Origin: Raillietiella orientalis
Lineage: Eukaryota
Direction of reading: 5' to 3'
Assembly (NCBI GenBank): GCA_036172245.1
Contig: JAYWIR010000036.1
Coordinates: forward strand, 1,550,001-1,614,000
DNA: 64,000 bases
Shown here: one piece after another, positions 49,950 to 63,709 of the stretch
How the letters are laid out: each line of letters opens with the position of its first letter
Position numbering within the stretch: the stretch's first letter is position 1
Notes under the pieces: model-generated
The model's input: the letters and a program-made list of their open reading frames with translations, nothing else
Databases searched by the model: none
What the model was told of the DNA's origin: nothing
Program-made: the position numbers and the translations under genes

Positions 49950-52900
49950 CTTGATCTCGGCAACTGCAGTACTAATATCGCATCTGTATTTCCAGAGTGC
50001 TCAAGTTTATAAGTATCATTTATCGTAGAAACCGAGGCTGTGCCATTTGGCATAGACCGAAATATTTGAAATTCGATAGCCATGTTGATGATATCCGTTT
50101 CCATGTGCACAGGAACACATCTTTTACGATGAAGGTATGCAACAAGAATTTGGGATATTCAATGGCATTTGAGTACGTCTGTGCTGCTATGCTTATTCAA
50201 TGCATTCAGCGTGCATTAATGCAGCAGACATCCTGTTGATGCCTTCGGACAGGAATTAAAAGCATCAGATGGAATCGCATATGTTGGCCGCATGTGTTTT
50301 TATGCTCGAAGTGAACATTCCGTTGTTCCATCGGACGGACGCCATACGAATCTCTGGAGTTCTTTCGTCTCAGGAACAAGTTGTGATCATCTTCATTATC
50401 GATAATCGGTCGAAGAATATTTTCCTCACTTCAAGAAGGATGTTTCGATCAATAACTGACAATTTCTCGACAGTTGCAGGCTGGCAGAATGAAGTTCATA
50501 AAGAAATACTAACACAGGGCTCCTTCCTTTCGGTCTGCTACTAGGAAGATGCTCCCGTTTCTTAAATGTTGACAGCGAACGAATGAAACTCCAGTGACTG
50601 TTGAACAAAAAGCTGATGCCCAAGATCACAATTTTAGCGACGCCACTGAATCTGCTATCAGCTTTGACCCATCATGAATGAAATCCATACGGAGATGCCC
50701 ATAATATGAATGTGAGAACACCACCACAAGCGATGGAAACTATGAGACTTTTTCTTATCCCCATTAACAACCGGCAGCTCTCATGATTTCCTACCATTTA
50801 AGAAAGCACAATGATTATTATCGATCACGTTTCGGAGTGCATACGTGACCAACGAACACGGATGTGAATTGGAATATGTTTCCGTGCTGCCATTTGACTG
50901 TTGTACCAAAGTACTTCTTTCACCATGCTGAAATACTTCATGCCGTTAGGCATTCTCAGCACATTTTTTCGTTCCCTTTTCGGAAACCATTATTCTAAAT
51001 ACTGCGCGGCTGCGAGAGCAATCGGCCAGAGTGCTAAATTAAACCGGGAATAATCCGCAGTTCATGTTCACAAAGACATGGGCTTTGTGCACGCGCATTC
51101 CTCCCGTCCCTTGCTACAAAAATTAAGCCAAAGACACTTAGATCCAACAAGGTCCCTCTCGCACAGCTCAGTACACTGAAACCACAAGTCTTTCGTTTTC
51201 TCTAGCATGCAACCAAAGACAAAGCTGGAGGGTTTTTAAAGGTGTATTACCTTCAAGAGATACCACACTGGAAACTTTTTCACTTGGGTTTGTGTTTACT
51301 TTGGAACTGAATGCAAAGTGAGTTTCAGCCCACGGTTGAGAATCAGGAAAACTCTGAGCTAAAGTCCATTCAGTTAGGATGGCATTACTTTTCACCTGCA
51401 ACGGAGCTCTAAGAAAGCAAGTGGTGAGCTCACACACATTCCATGTGCTGCAACCGTGGAATTGAAAAATCCTGCTGGTATAATCTGAGCAATTCTACAT
51501 AAGAACTTTGGATCCCCTTTATAGAAATTCAAAGCTTCTTTGCAGAAAATCGTTGGCGTCTTGTTCGGGAAATCGAGCACGCCAGTGTTTAGATTTCCGC
51601 TTTCAAGGAACCCAGTCCTTTCACGGCTTCCATTTCCTCGTTCCTTCCATCCTTCGCAAGCAGCCTCTGGAGTGCTACGTGACGAAAACTCATCAATATT
51701 TATAAAGCCATCATGAAACGGGACACTTGAGTTTTACGTTTTGATGTCGGTGACCTTCCCGATGCCAGATTCGACAGGAAGAACAGTGCCAAGTACGATT
51801 CGGGTGCGATGAGAAATGCTTTGGATTTGGCACCATCAGCGTCAACAATTCGAAGGCATCTGTTTTGCTTATGAACGGAATCCGACGGTCAACAGAGAGG
51901 AGCCCTTCAATGTACAGAGCTGCAGAGACAAGCCACGACATCATTCCTCCTGTATGGATTTATACTCGAAGAACAAACGAAGATTATCTTGCACGGCAAG
52001 CACACGTGACAACGATAACATGCACGTAAATGCATGCAACATCGCAATTGATTAGAGCACATATTGATTGTAGGAAGAGAAGATCGAACGGTTGCTCCAT
52101 TACTGAAGAACTTGAGGAAAAGGCAGGTTAAAATAAATGCTACGTAAACTGTACACTCAATGACCCATTCGTGTCCGCGAGCCATTAACTTCAATTCATC
52201 CTTTGCATAGTTTTAGCCTTCAACATTCCTGTCAGGGGTGGAACTACGTCACTGCTGTCAACATCTGCAGCCTGTCGAGAAGAGGGACCGCATACCCAAC
52301 GACCACGAAAACAGCCACGAAAACGACCACCTCTGCAACACCAGCAGCACGTTTGCAACGAAACAGGATAAGGTCGAAGCCTCGCGCGTATACGTGTCAG
52401 GTGAAATCTAATCCACCGCACAGCCCAAAAGACATACACTGTAAACCGGGCATTCTTTCGGTTTTGGCATCCTTCCTTACCAAACCTGACGTACAAGAGT
52501 TCGTTGAATACGCTTTACGAGAAATGTGCAACTTTAGCATTTCCATCTTCGAAGAACTTCGCCGTGCACAATGAACTGCACGATTCGAAGTAGGTCCAGA
52601 GCTCAGACCAGAACTTTTAATACAATTTTCAGATTCATGCACGGAGAGCTCTTCGTGAGGGAGTGTACGGTAACGCCACGTGTGTGCTTGCTGTTCAGTG
52701 GCGATACAGCTCCACGCTTACCGTCAATCTTCCTTCGAACTCTTAATAGCCAAAGCACCTTCGTGCACTCACACTCATTCATCATAGATTTCACAATGCA
52801 TTCCCGAACTTCTACACTTGTAATCACACATGTGATTTCCGCTCTTCCGGAAAAAAGGAAAAAGAAATGGCAACAGCCTCCAATAAATCCCAACTCCACT

Positions 52901-53000
52901 TGACAGCAACCAATCCTTTCGGTGAAAGAACATGAAGTACTGCCAAGAAATCAAGCAGGATAAAATACTGCGCTGAGGAAGGCAAGGAAGAGTAGGAAGC
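49950..53000 (-). mobile_element. CR1/L2-like LINE, near full-length decayed ORF2
   Basis: Collinear: FHRKD...SGVGIY (endonuclease), NPKHF, IIPAGFF...SPL, ILTEWTLAQSFP (P..WK.A.V.P), VSL...LKTL, ILGISF....W, ASVRW, RSMPNGTASVSTINDTYK (WN.LP...A.S...FK). Confidence 0.5.
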
Positions 53001-53726
53001 AACTTCAACTACATGCGGGTTGAGTAATTGGGGAAGTAGGGAAGAGCTAGGCAGCTAGCACAACACACTTTCCGCGGCTATGGAAACATCCTTAGACAAT
53101 ATCCCATCCGAGAGTTTTTCAAAGTCATATCAAGAAATGATACTGATGCAAGGGCTTATAATAATGCAGTGTACTAATACTTTACAGGCTAAGCATCGAA
53201 AATGCAAAGAAGCGACGCATAGGATTGGAGAATCTCAGAGGGCACAGTTACCTGGAGAAAGGCCTTCGCCGACATCTGTTGCAAGGAAGAGCAGTACATG
53301 ATATCCAGGGAGGATCTCATGACCCAATAACCACCATCTCTGATGATAAAGGAAAGTGAAATAAAAATGCACACTATCTAAAAATAATGGAATATATTGA
53401 TGACATTTACATACATTATAATACTCTGTATATATGAATATATACGAATACACACAAAAAGTGTTTTCCTATAAGTGAACCGCACACATTTCCAACACAC
53501 ACTGGGGAAATGAATTTAGACGAAGTGCACAATCAATGAAAGTACGAAAAAATACCATATAGGGACGCTGCCAACGCTTCCCTGAGTTATGCGTACCTCG
53601 TCTCAATTTCTTCACCAAACATTTGAAAATTTACATATGAAAAAAGATGCGGGGCAATTTTTTTTTTTTTTTTACCCATCGATACTTCATACACTCATTT
53701 TCGTGGGAAAATGTCACTATCCAGCA

Positions 53727-54002
53727 TCAGATGCGATTTGCACGTCTATGAGAGTTGAGGATACAGTTTCTTTTCACATGTCCGCGGGCACCACAATTAA
53801 AACAGTGTACGTCAAGATGATTGGGTTTCATTGCGTGGGCGGGCGAGAAGAGGTCCATGCTTTCGTCATTTTTGACGAATCCGGCAAATTCATCCTTGAA
53901 AGGGCACTCGTTCGAATAGTGACCTTTATTACGACAAGTATGACAACGACCGTTTGAAGGTGGCAATCCTGTCGTCAGCCTCTTGGAATCGAAAAAATAC
54001 AC
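53727..54002 (-). CDS. TUT7: TUT4/7-like last coding exon with two CCHC zinc knuckles
   Basis: ttattgcag|GTG; VYFFDSKRLTTGLPPSNGR-CHTCRNKGHYSNEC...CFNCGARGHVKRNC-ILNSHRRANRI-stop. The seven exons splice in frame to 344 aa plus stop. Confidence 0.9.
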   Translation of the reverse strand: MYFFDSKRLTTGLPPSNGRCHTCRNKGHYSNECPFKDEFAGFVKNDESMDLFSPAHAMKPNHLDVHCFNCGARGHVKRNCILNSHRRANRI

Positions 54003-55695
54003 CTGCAATAAATAAGAAACAGCATTTAGACATGCGCTTGTGCATCCTGAATGCACACGCATGAGAAAGATCCCCCACCGACGCAAGAGATCACCGAAAG
54101 CAAGAATTCGTGCGACTCTCGGAAAATCATTCAATAAGCGCCCGCACCCGGGTGACGGGAGTAGAATTTAGATGTCCTCTTAGTTCCTAAGATTCGAAGC
54201 ACAATACCCCGTAAATCACGTGCACGGACGACTTCCAGTTCGGAACACAGTGCAACCGGACTGACCTCAAGAGCGAACTGTCCATCCCAGTCCGGTGTAC
54301 AAAAAGAAAAGAAACAAGGTTAAGCGGTTTACGTATATTATACATACTGTAAGACACAGATAAACGAATTACGCGATAGCGTCTTTAACCCTACGAGGTA
54401 TGTTCACAGCTTCATCAATAGCTCCATGCATTTTAAGTGAAGATTCAGAGATTTATGGCTTTTAATCTCTATGTGACTTGATTTACTGGGGGAAACGACA
54501 TAAATACCACAATAACTTTCAAATGCATCGATTCTATTCAGCCACTCCCGCTCCATCGGAGAAAGTTACGCAGCTGAGGGACCCTTGCAGCCGAACGCTG
54601 AAGAGAAACACACCCAAAACAAAAACGAGAAGGAGTGGAAGAAAGGAAGAAAGATTTATGAATAATAAAGGACTGTGGAGATGCATTTCATTAGACGACC
54701 TGAAGCTAAAGAAAACATCGCGAAATGCTTTGAGCTGCTCCTCCATGCAAAGGAATTCAAGAATCTAAGAATTAATTAAAACGAACGTCGTTTCCAAGTA
54801 CCCACAATCATGAAATACGCACTACGAAACGCATTCTGTCTTACTTATCTGCCAATTTACGGATTTCGTGTGCTAATCAACTTCAAAAGGAGCACTTTCT
54901 CCTTTGGATACTGCGGGCTGGAATATTTCCTGCAAAGCTGACCGCGCCTATGGATGCAGCAGCAATTTCCGCATCCTTTGCCTCAAGTGATTCCGGACCC
55001 CAAAGGGTGCGGCATACCTCTCCACTTGTCAGCCGTATCTCCCGAACACTGCTGAACTCCGGATAAATTCTCTCGATTTAATCTCTTGACAGAATAGAGG
55101 GAATCTCTACATCTTGGTTTAATCTATCGGGTCTTTGGAATCAATCTGAGACTGCCGAAAGCCGTTTACCCCTTGGAAATCCAATCACGAGGAACATGAG
55201 CGATACACGTGTTTCTGTGCGGGAGTTTTGCTCAGCAGCTGCAATGGGGAGCTTTGTGGCTCTGTTTCCGTGACAACAAGAGGATTTTTCCAGACACTGG
55301 TCATCTTCGGCTTACCCGCAGGCCGCGCGCACCTTACTGAATGATGAATCCACCTACGACCGCCCAGTTGGAAAGCTTAAATTTACTATCGGGTGTTTTC
55401 TGGAGCTTGCTCTCGGTGGAAACGCAACCGAGTGTTTTCCAAGTGCTTTGTATGCCTAGGCAACCCAGAATCGTCCCGACCACCAACGCACCTCCGAAAC
55501 CCACTGCGAAGCGTCGCAGTGATCGCATCCCGTCGAACGCTGCCATGCCCAGAACAACTGGAAGGCGAGCCCTCTCGCAGGGATTGCGCTCAGCTGCGCC
55601 CCTGTCTGAAAGCGTCGGGTAACAAGACCCGACATCACAATACGTTGCAAAATTTTGGGGATTCATTTTTGCATTCGACAGGAATCATCCCGACA

Positions 55696-55725
55696 ACACA
55701 CACACAAGCGCGCGCGCGCGCGCGC
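55696..55725. repeat. (CA)n-(CG)n alternating purine-pyrimidine tract, intronic
   Basis: acacacacacaagcgcgcgcgcgcgcgcgc. Confidence 0.9.
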
Positions 55726-55960
55726 TCGCACGCACTCCAACCTAAAACAGCCTGTAAATAAATCAATGTCAGTTCACTCTATAAGAACTAAGCGTGGTTT
55801 GCTTGAAATTCCTCGTGCCAATCCGAATGCACAAATTCAATTCTTGACCTAAGACCTTAAGATTGATTACTTACAAGGTCCCCATAAAAACCAATACGAA
55901 AAACACAAATAAACTTGGTCTGAGATAGTACAAAGCTAAAGATAACGAAACGAGCTTTAC

Positions 55961-56046
55961 CAATGCATCGTGGGAATCCACGCACGGAATGGGTTTTCCG
56001 AATAAGTTTCTGCTCTTCCGGAAGACACTCAAGATGTACAAGCTCA
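55961..56046 (-). CDS. TUT7: TUT4/7-like coding exon
   Basis: ttccag|TG ... TTG|gtaaag; 86 nt restores phase 0; MSLYILSVFRKSRNLFGKPIPCVDSHDAL, similar to MTNFIMKAFINGRRVFG of TUT7. Confidence 0.88.
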
Positions 56047-56586
56047 CTGGAAGAAAAAAAAAAAAAGTCAATGCAAGGTAGACATCATCAGTAGTAATAG
56101 AGGCACATCCAAAACACGAACACACACGTTCTACTACAGATTAAGCGTTCGTCTTTACCCTCCTCGCGCAAGGTGTTCGTAAAAAAAAAAAAAAAAAATT
56201 GTGTACTCTGATCTCTGGCGGCTATCGCTCACAACTGTCTGTTCCACCGCTCAAGATCGTTCAAGGAGTAGGGAGCCTAACTATAGGGGTGGACTGCTAC
56301 GGCATTGTGACCTATCGTGAATTTGGCCGCGCTTCGGCCTTGAATAGAAACACGTGATTGACGACTCACTACGGAAGAGAGCTACAAAGGGAAACGAGTG
56401 ATTCTGTATTCAGTCTAGCATGAGAGGTGCGCTCTCTGGAAAGGAGACTCGATTTGGCACGCAAGAGCATGTTCTCATCCATCCATCCCGTGCATTCGAC
56501 TTTCCCTTTCTCAACCGAATCACCTAAGGATGCTCTATGGCTAAAGTAATGAAATTTGTGAAACATTACAAAGGTGCTTTTCTTAC

Positions 56587-56634
56587 TTTTGTGTGTGACA
56601 CCTGCTCCCAAATTATGCTTCAAGTTGAAGGGAT
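56587..56634 (-). CDS. TUT7: TUT4/7-like coding exon (nucleotide-recognition motif)
   Basis: ttttcacag|AT ... AAAA|gtaag; 48 nt; completes IE-DPFNLKHNLGAGVTHK with the uridine-selecting His. Confidence 0.93.
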
Positions 56635-56681
56635 CTGTGAAAACACTGGTTACTCATTCCATCCCGGGAAGCGAAACATAC

Positions 56682-56859
56682 CTTCTATGGCGATGTGTTT
56701 TACGTTCCAGAACTTTTCGAAACGTGTCAATGGCTTCAGTTGCCGGATCGAAATCACATACTCTTGGAAGTTGAAAGTTTCGGAATAGAAGCGCAGCATT
56801 CCGAGCCACAATTCACCGACGCTTTCCACGTTCTTACCGAAGAATGGCCAGATCTCTTT
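56682..56859 (-). CDS. TUT7: TUT4/7-like coding exon (PAP-associated domain)
   Basis: gacag|AAA ... GAAG|gtatg; 178 nt; KEIWPFFGKNVESVGELWLGMLRFYSETFNFQEYVISIRQLKPLTRFEKFWNVKHIAIE. Confidence 0.94.
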
Positions 56860-56932
56860 CTGTCAACACAAGCGTTTTTTTTTTTTTTTTTTTTTTTTTT
56901 ACGGGTCCAGCACAAACAGATAACTGACGTAC

Positions 56933-57013
56933 CAGCCTGGGCAAATCATCGAAAAACCACGTGTTCCATCCTTCTATGATGACTTCTGGTTTGGGTCTGC
57001 TCTTGTCGTATAA
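56933..57013 (-). CDS. TUT7: TUT4/7-like coding exon
   Basis: tttgcag|TTA ... CTG|gtacgt; 81 nt; LYDKSRPKPEVIIEGWNTWFFDDLPRL matches the KPE..VDGWN.YFFD segment of TUT4/7. Confidence 0.92.
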
Positions 57014-57959
57014 CTGCAAATTAACAGCATGTTAACCTGAGCGCACGGCTTGACCACGAAGCTTCAATTCGAAAATCACATTTTCGAAGACGGAGTACCC
57101 TCCACCGCTGACCAAAAGTTGACCGAATCAAGAAAAGAAATTTACGGTGAAGAGCATCGCAATGTGCCAATACCTACACCACTCCCGCCCTAGCAGGTCC
57201 ACCTCGTGGTCCAGGGCATGACGTGGAGTGGTAACAGCTGAGGACGAATATGAACGCGGATGTTAACATCCGTGCCGAACCCTTTCCCAGATTTGGAAAG
57301 CGAAGCGAAAAAGAAACATCCAGTGAAGCATGCAGGTGGAAGACGGGAAACAAACATTCGGCCGCTGGGAGAGTGAGCACGCCAATTGGCTGGAATGGAG
57401 AAACCATTCTCGAGATCCTTGGGTCTTCGATAAGAACGGGGACTTAAAAATTCCGCCTTATCTTTCTGCTTATGGAATGACAATTGGAAGAGGCATCAAC
57501 TTAATATGAAGATCGCTGCCGGATTTCGATCTCACTTTCGTTTTTTTCCTCTTTTAAAGCCCTTTACTCATCGTGTTCCAAGGACTATCACAGAGTGATG
57601 AATGAAATCTTGGTTAGAAGTCCGAGTAACGAACTTTCGTGGCTCACTTTCGAGAGACAAGCAAAAACGAATTGCCCCAGCATCGCGTGAGCTTCGTGTC
57701 ACTAATTCTGGCCCTAATCAAAGTCGCACCAGAGTGGTGAGCCTCCCTGCATTATGTCTTGGGGCATGCAAACAAAGGAAAAAAAAAAAAAAACTCTGGT
57801 TGCTTTATGTGAATCCTCGTTTCATAGCACCCTATACAGAAGGATAAGTGGCAACACGAAGATGAAAACGAGAAACTTGGATTCGGATTCATGTTCACAT
57901 CAACAAACCCACGGACACCACTTTCACTCCCATGATTTCGGCAACTGCAATCACCGTTA

Positions 57960-58850
57960 ATTTCATCTTCGCCCCATGAAATCGTTTCCATCCAATTCAT
58001 TCGAGATAAAGTAGTCCTCGCACCCTCGGATTATGAATTCAGCTTTTCCGACAATTAGAGACCCACCAGCAGAGAAAACCAACGGAGATCTTTTCAATTT
58101 TTCCGCTTTGTTCCAGAGGTATGATCGTCGGTCGAAGACCACACGGAGCAATGCCTTCGGGGATGGTCTGCATTTACGGATGCATGGGGTTGAGCAGTCA
58201 TGCCACTTGGCAGGATTAATGGGTCATAATTCCTCGTGTGGTTGTTGCTGCGGTGGTGGTAACCCACCGGGAAGCGATCAAAGCATCGTGAGGGCCTCTG
58301 CAACTCGCTCGGCATTCGACTGCTCGAGACCACTCGCGCGCGACAGATGCTCTTTCTTCGCTTGGGAAAATTTTCCACTTGTCATCGAGCTTGCTTTCAG
58401 GACTCCTGGCAACGAATTTTCATTCCGGTCCCGTTGGTGTTCCCAGTACAGTGGGCGAGCAGATGAGTTTTCGGCGACTCGCTGGTGCACTGGCACCACT
58501 GCAAATTTGGCACTTGTGCTGCCCGTATTCCCCAAGACGATTCTCTCTCACACACGAACGAGCCGATGTTCTCGCCTTTCGTGGCGGCCACGTGCCGTGA
58601 GGATCGAAGGACGTCGCGCTGTATGAAATCGCGGTGTACGATTTTCGCCAGCACCAGCGTCCGCCTACCAGCAGCAGTTAACCAAGAGGGACCCGGTACG
58701 CGGCAGCAGTGCCTATCGGACGTCAAGAACAGATTTTCCCTGGACTGAAGGACCAGCTACATTTCCATTTCCGCATCGACGAGTTGGGAAGTGGGCGCGG
58801 CATGCATCCACAGAGACTTGGTATGTGAAAGCAAGAGGAAGGTACCTCTC
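57960..58850 (-). mobile_element. BEL/Pao RNase H-integrase remnant inside the 6.4-kb TUT intron
   Basis: VSVDACRAHF (F.DAS..AY), GKSVL...LLPR (AKS.VAP...IPRL), SFVCER (FV.NRV), QWCQCTSE (W.HV.S..NP), PLILP (PIILP). Confidence 0.45.
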
Positions 58851-60313
58851 AAAGAACACATCTAACAACGCCACCGGCAGCGGAAGGAGGGGGTGGATCC
58901 GAAAGCGAACCTCAAACTTAAAGCACACAAGGAAAAGAGAACGCGCAGGCCGATCACCTCAGGGAAAATCGGTGCTCTCTGGAAGGTCTTCGAGTCAAAC
59001 ATGCCAGTCCTAGGCAAAACAACATTCGTGTTCACGAAAAAAGGTGATAAATGCTTTCTGGGAAATTTTTGTAAGTGTGCACGAAACACGGGCACGCGCG
59101 CGCTCCAATTTGTCCTCCGGGTCAGAACCTTCCGAAATGGGTAGAATAGGAAACGAAATGCAATCGTCGAGACAAACGACTCTTAGCACCGTGCACGCAC
59201 GCAGGATAATCATCAACAACAACCTTTCGGGTTCCGGGACTCGAAAGAAGGAACATACGACGAGATTTTTCAAGGCAAAAGGGATACGGGCGCTGGGCCG
59301 CACGGGGCCTCTTTACGGGAATAGCATAGAAACCAAGCTAGGCAGAAATTTCTGTTTGATGGAAAAACAGCAAACAAAACAGAGACAGCAGCAGCAACAA
59401 CAACTAAAGTTAAAAAATGGGAAAACAGATAGTGATGCCGGTCGATGATGTAACTAGGAAGCTGGAAAGAAATTTCGATCCTATTAAGGTGGAAGAACCT
59501 AGAAAGCCTCAAGCTTTCGAGGATGCTGGGCTTCCGAAGTCAAGCATGGAAATGATCGGTCCGAGAAGGCGAATCGCATTCCTGTGTTGATGGCGAGGGA
59601 TCGAACAGAAAATCAGCAAACACTCTCAACGTATGCAGAGCGAGAAGTCATGCACAACAGGCGGAACCTGCACACACGTATACGTGTCGATACAAACCGT
59701 GTCGCAGATGAAGATTAGCGGACTACCTGACGGCGAAGAATGGGGAATGCTAGAGATACATAGAGGTCGAAACGGCCACAATACGGTTCGTGGTGAGAAC
59801 GGTTTACCATAGAGAGTCTTGATAGTCTCCGCGCGCGTCGCACGGCGGTTGAATTTCGTCAAGTATGCAGCGGTCGCGCGCAAAGCGGGTCCGCAAAGAA
59901 ACTGAGCTGATTCCAAGAGCAGCTCGAGCAGCTGCTGAGAACGTTCGAGGGGATCCATCTTTGGCTGCTTCTCTGCACGTCCCTCCCTTCCCCGGCATAT
60001 CGAAACAATCTGTCCAAGCACCGACCAGGTGTGTAGCAGCCTCCCTCTTCCTGCTTAGCTTGCAGTCCGCCTCCCGTTGGGCACCGACGACGCCACTCCT
60101 GGACGCCTGGCACTCCATTCCCGTACCCGCGTGGGAACGTTTCCTGTGTTCGCCCAGCTCCGACGGACCGAGACGGTGATCGTCTGCGGCACACCTCGCT
60201 CAGAGATAAAATCGAACATGGCGGTGGAATGCGTTCGGGAGAGCCGCTGGTGGCATGCAGAGCTGAGGGTGTACCGCGACGTGTTTTAGAGGGTAGCAGC
60301 CGCTGACAGGAGC

Positions 60314-61388
60314 GTGAAGGTGGCGGAACCACAAGATCCTGAGGGATGCTGTGCTCCCGAGGATACGTCGTGCCATGATCGGCAACTCTTTTGTGGCACC
60401 GACGCAAGCAAAATGATCGAGTATTGTTACGGATTCGGGAGAAAGGGCAGGCTCGTTACAGGCTTTCGGGAGGAATACGGTCGTGTGCTGGACCTTTAGG
60501 AAAAGGTCTTCCATTACCTACTGCCTTCCAGTCAGAAAGACGCGAAGTATGCAGACATGTGGAAAACAAAACAAAACAAAACAAGCAATGTGAGGCAGGA
60601 AGATGGGGACCAAATGGGAAGGGGAGAGATTCTGAAACCATCGATAGCTCCCCGACGACAACAGTGAGGGCGGGGCTGCTGACATATCCGAGCGGCGTTC
60701 AAGAGCATCACATGGAGAGGGAGAACGCCCAAGTGGAGATGAAGTTATCCAAGCCGAGTCGCGAACCAGAAAAATTCATCCTTCGTTCGACTGAAGAGCG
60801 TCTCTTAGGCGACAATGTTCGGTGATGTGAGCAACTGCACACCGCTGGAACACGTATAGGAACGCGCAACACTGACGACTGCATCCGTGTTAACACGGAA
60901 ACAGAACGGTACCGCGGTTCACAAGACGTGAAGCGGATCGCGATGGCGGGAACGAAAGGGCGGGACGGAAAAACTCTGAGGGAAGCAGAGAAAGACTAGC
61001 ACACTGTGCAACCCCGCGCGCGCCCTCACGTAGAACAGTGCAAGGCGTTCCACGAAGGGCGTTCTCGCGCGAAGCTAAGAGGTTCGCGCGTCCTAATGAG
61101 CAGGCGAAGGAACGGAAAAGCACTCAACAAATGCGAGTGCGAAGAACCTCTTACTCTTACGAGTCTCGAGTCTTCCTTGCCCTAAGGAGATTACAGGGGT
61201 TCCCGTGACGGCAAGGCGACACGCAACCCACTCAACGCAGGTAGGAGGCATGGCACTGAAAAGCTTCCTGATCCAGTTCTGCGCCGTGAGAACCTCGCAC
61301 AAAAGCGGGTTCGAAAAGCAGAAGAGTCCGGGTCCAGTCTCTCAAGTAGCAAAAGCTCTATGGTGATCTTTGGGCAGAAAGAAAGAAA

Positions 61389-61421
<33 letters not shown>

Positions 61422-62100
61422 GGAATCGTTTCACTTGATTGTGCGTTCCCCTTCATTCGGCACAAATCCCCGCCCTCCAGGTGCCCGCTTTCTACAAGCA
61501 CTCAAGAGGGACTCCTACCGTTCCAGCAACAAAACAAAAAATGCAGTCCGAAAAAGGAAAAAAACACTGAATTTATGCCTTCCGTGGACTTTGGAAATTT
61601 TCACCGGCACAATCTTCCGAGGAGCAAGCTGGAAAGCCGCTTTCATAATGTATGGGAGGTGGGGAAGATGCGACGTGGTTTGGACCGAGCCATTTAATCT
61701 CGTCAGCTATCGAGTCTGATCAGCTCAGCGCGTTTACTGTTTCCCAAATGACAAAGTGCGACGGTTTAGCCTGGCGGCGGAACGATCCGAACGATGAGGT
61801 TGCTGCTGACTGCGGCGGATGCCACGGCCAGCAGCTCCCGGTTTCGGAGCCAACGAATTCGACAGCGCCTCTTGTGACCGATTGTGGGACACCCCATTCT
61901 CGCGAGAGATGCGCACGCGACATCTCGTGCGTGTTCGCTGGCGCGATTCAACCCCAGGGTTTGCGGAAGGCCAGTTTTCCCTGACTCGGGAAGGAAGTTT
62001 ATCCGGCAAGCGACCGAGCTACAGAGTGGACTTCTCAACCCGAACCCACCACCACACATACGTACGCTTTCAACCACCCGGAGACTCATGAAGCGCACCC
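60314..62100 (+). mobile_element. Possible Ty3/gypsy remnant inside the TUT intron
   Basis: LFCGTDASK (RNase H TDAS) and LVTDCGTP...AIQPQG (integrase IVTD.G...YHPQ.NG). Confidence 0.3.
61390..61419. repeat. (AC)15 microsatellite, intronic
   Basis: Directly visible. Confidence 0.95.
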
Positions 62101-63429
62101 CTCCGGAGCGTTTGAATCGAGGAGGTGCACACGAGGTCTCTCTCGCGATTTACCCGACAGCATAATTGTCTTTCTATCGAATGTCCCAAGCGCCAAGCGG
62201 ATTCAATTGAAAAGATGTCGGAGCCTCATTCGCCGCAGGGGAGTGGGAGACTGCTTGCTGGATGAGCTCGTTATTCTACCACGAAACATGCGTTCGTATC
62301 TTACCACAACCACCACGATCAATTTGAAATTTCCCATAAAGATGGAGTTCGCGAGAGTTTTTGGATTTCTCCCTCCGACTTAATTTCGCTTGCAGTTTCT
62401 TTCAATTGGCGCACAAATTTGAAAAGTGCCTCGGAGACTATTGACCGACCGAACGTCAGGATTAGTCTGTTTGCAAACCTTGTAGGAAAATTTCCCAGCG
62501 CATGCAATAACTTGGCTTCTTATACGTTACAGAGGTAATCTTCTCTAATGAATGCACTGTCAATCAAACCACTTTGATTTGCGTCACCTTGGGCACGAAC
62601 GTACCACTACCGCGATGCTGAAATCACTTGAATGGATCGTTTGCGGAAAATAAGTTTTCCCTGGATTTTTAAACGATCGAGTCAGGTACGCTCAAATATG
62701 ACCAATACACTCAAAAAAGGAAAAAAGAAAAATTGCGAACGCCCTCACTTGTTTTCGCTCCGGAGATTTTTTTTTTTTTTCTTACATTCAATCTGCCCGC
62801 AATGCACTGTGCTGAATGAAATGATAATTTGAAACACGGTGATGCGCGACTGCTCACTCATCCAAATTAATAACAAAATCTGCATGTGGGTATTTCTTAA
62901 GAGTTGACGGGTATTAAGGGGGAGCACTACCTTTGGTGGGGATGTTATGCCTTCTTATTGTCTATCTTTTGCGATCGTCACCGTTTTCCATGAAGAAAAT
63001 ATAAAACAGCCTTTTGTTTTGGATCTTAACATCTTTCGTTAACTTGGCTGTCTCCGAACAGTCTGTAGCGAGACGTGCCAAATAACATGACAGTGCATTC
63101 CTGTACCCGCGAGAATGCGAATCTTCCGCATCACCGTTCATCAGATAGTTCTGTTCGTCCGGTATTGCAACGCATCTACTCGTAATAACACGATCTTTAT
63201 CGAAAAGCCATCTCTCGGGTTCTCGGACGCATTGTCTTTAGGACATTACGAGTTGATTTAATTTATATACGGTGTAAGACCTTCCTGCAATCTGTATGAC
63301 TTATAATGGTTAAACAAATGAATAAAGACATTATCGAGCATCATCATCAGATGAATAGGACAGCTGAAGAACAGAAAACCGAGTAAAGCGGATAAAAATG
63401 CTGGTTAGAGTCTGTTACTACGAACTCAC

Positions 63430-63576
63430 CTCTTGTAATACTGGCAAGACAGGCACTTCTTTACGCTGGAGGTAGTAAATGATCAGCATGATGTAAGCAT
63501 ATGATGACAAACTACCACGAGACGCGTCTCCAATCTTACAGAACTTTGCCCAGTATTTCATGACGTATCCTAGGAT
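63430..63576 (-). CDS. TUT7: TUT4/7-like coding exon
   Basis: ttgtag|ATC ... GAG|gtgagt; 147 nt in frame; ILGYVMKYWAKFCKIGDASRGSLSSYAYIMLIIYYLQRKEVPVLPVLQE carries the conserved GDASRGSLSSYAY motif. Confidence 0.95.
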
Positions 63577-63709
63577 CTACAAAACACAACGGGCATGAGA
63601 CTGAAACTGGCAATCAACTGAGTCAAGCCAACAAGAGCGAATTGATCCCTTCCATTTTTCTTTAAGAGCAAATCACTATCATTCCTTTATGTGCTTTTAT
63701 CTGTATTAC

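Noticed and set aside
51168..51437. Pentraxin-like LQLCLWL peptide
   Set aside because: Better explained as the N-terminal RT region of the LINE relic, and a stop follows shortly.
52216..52350. PAN/apple-like exon on the plus strand (CQGWNYVTAVNICSLS...Thr-rich)
   Set aside because: No flanking exons or good donor site found, and it lies inside the collinear minus-strand CR1/L2-like relic. Probably coincidental.
54850..55330. Possible LINE RT relic in the TUT intron (VPRDW...LIPK)
   Set aside because: Only one weak motif; too little to call.
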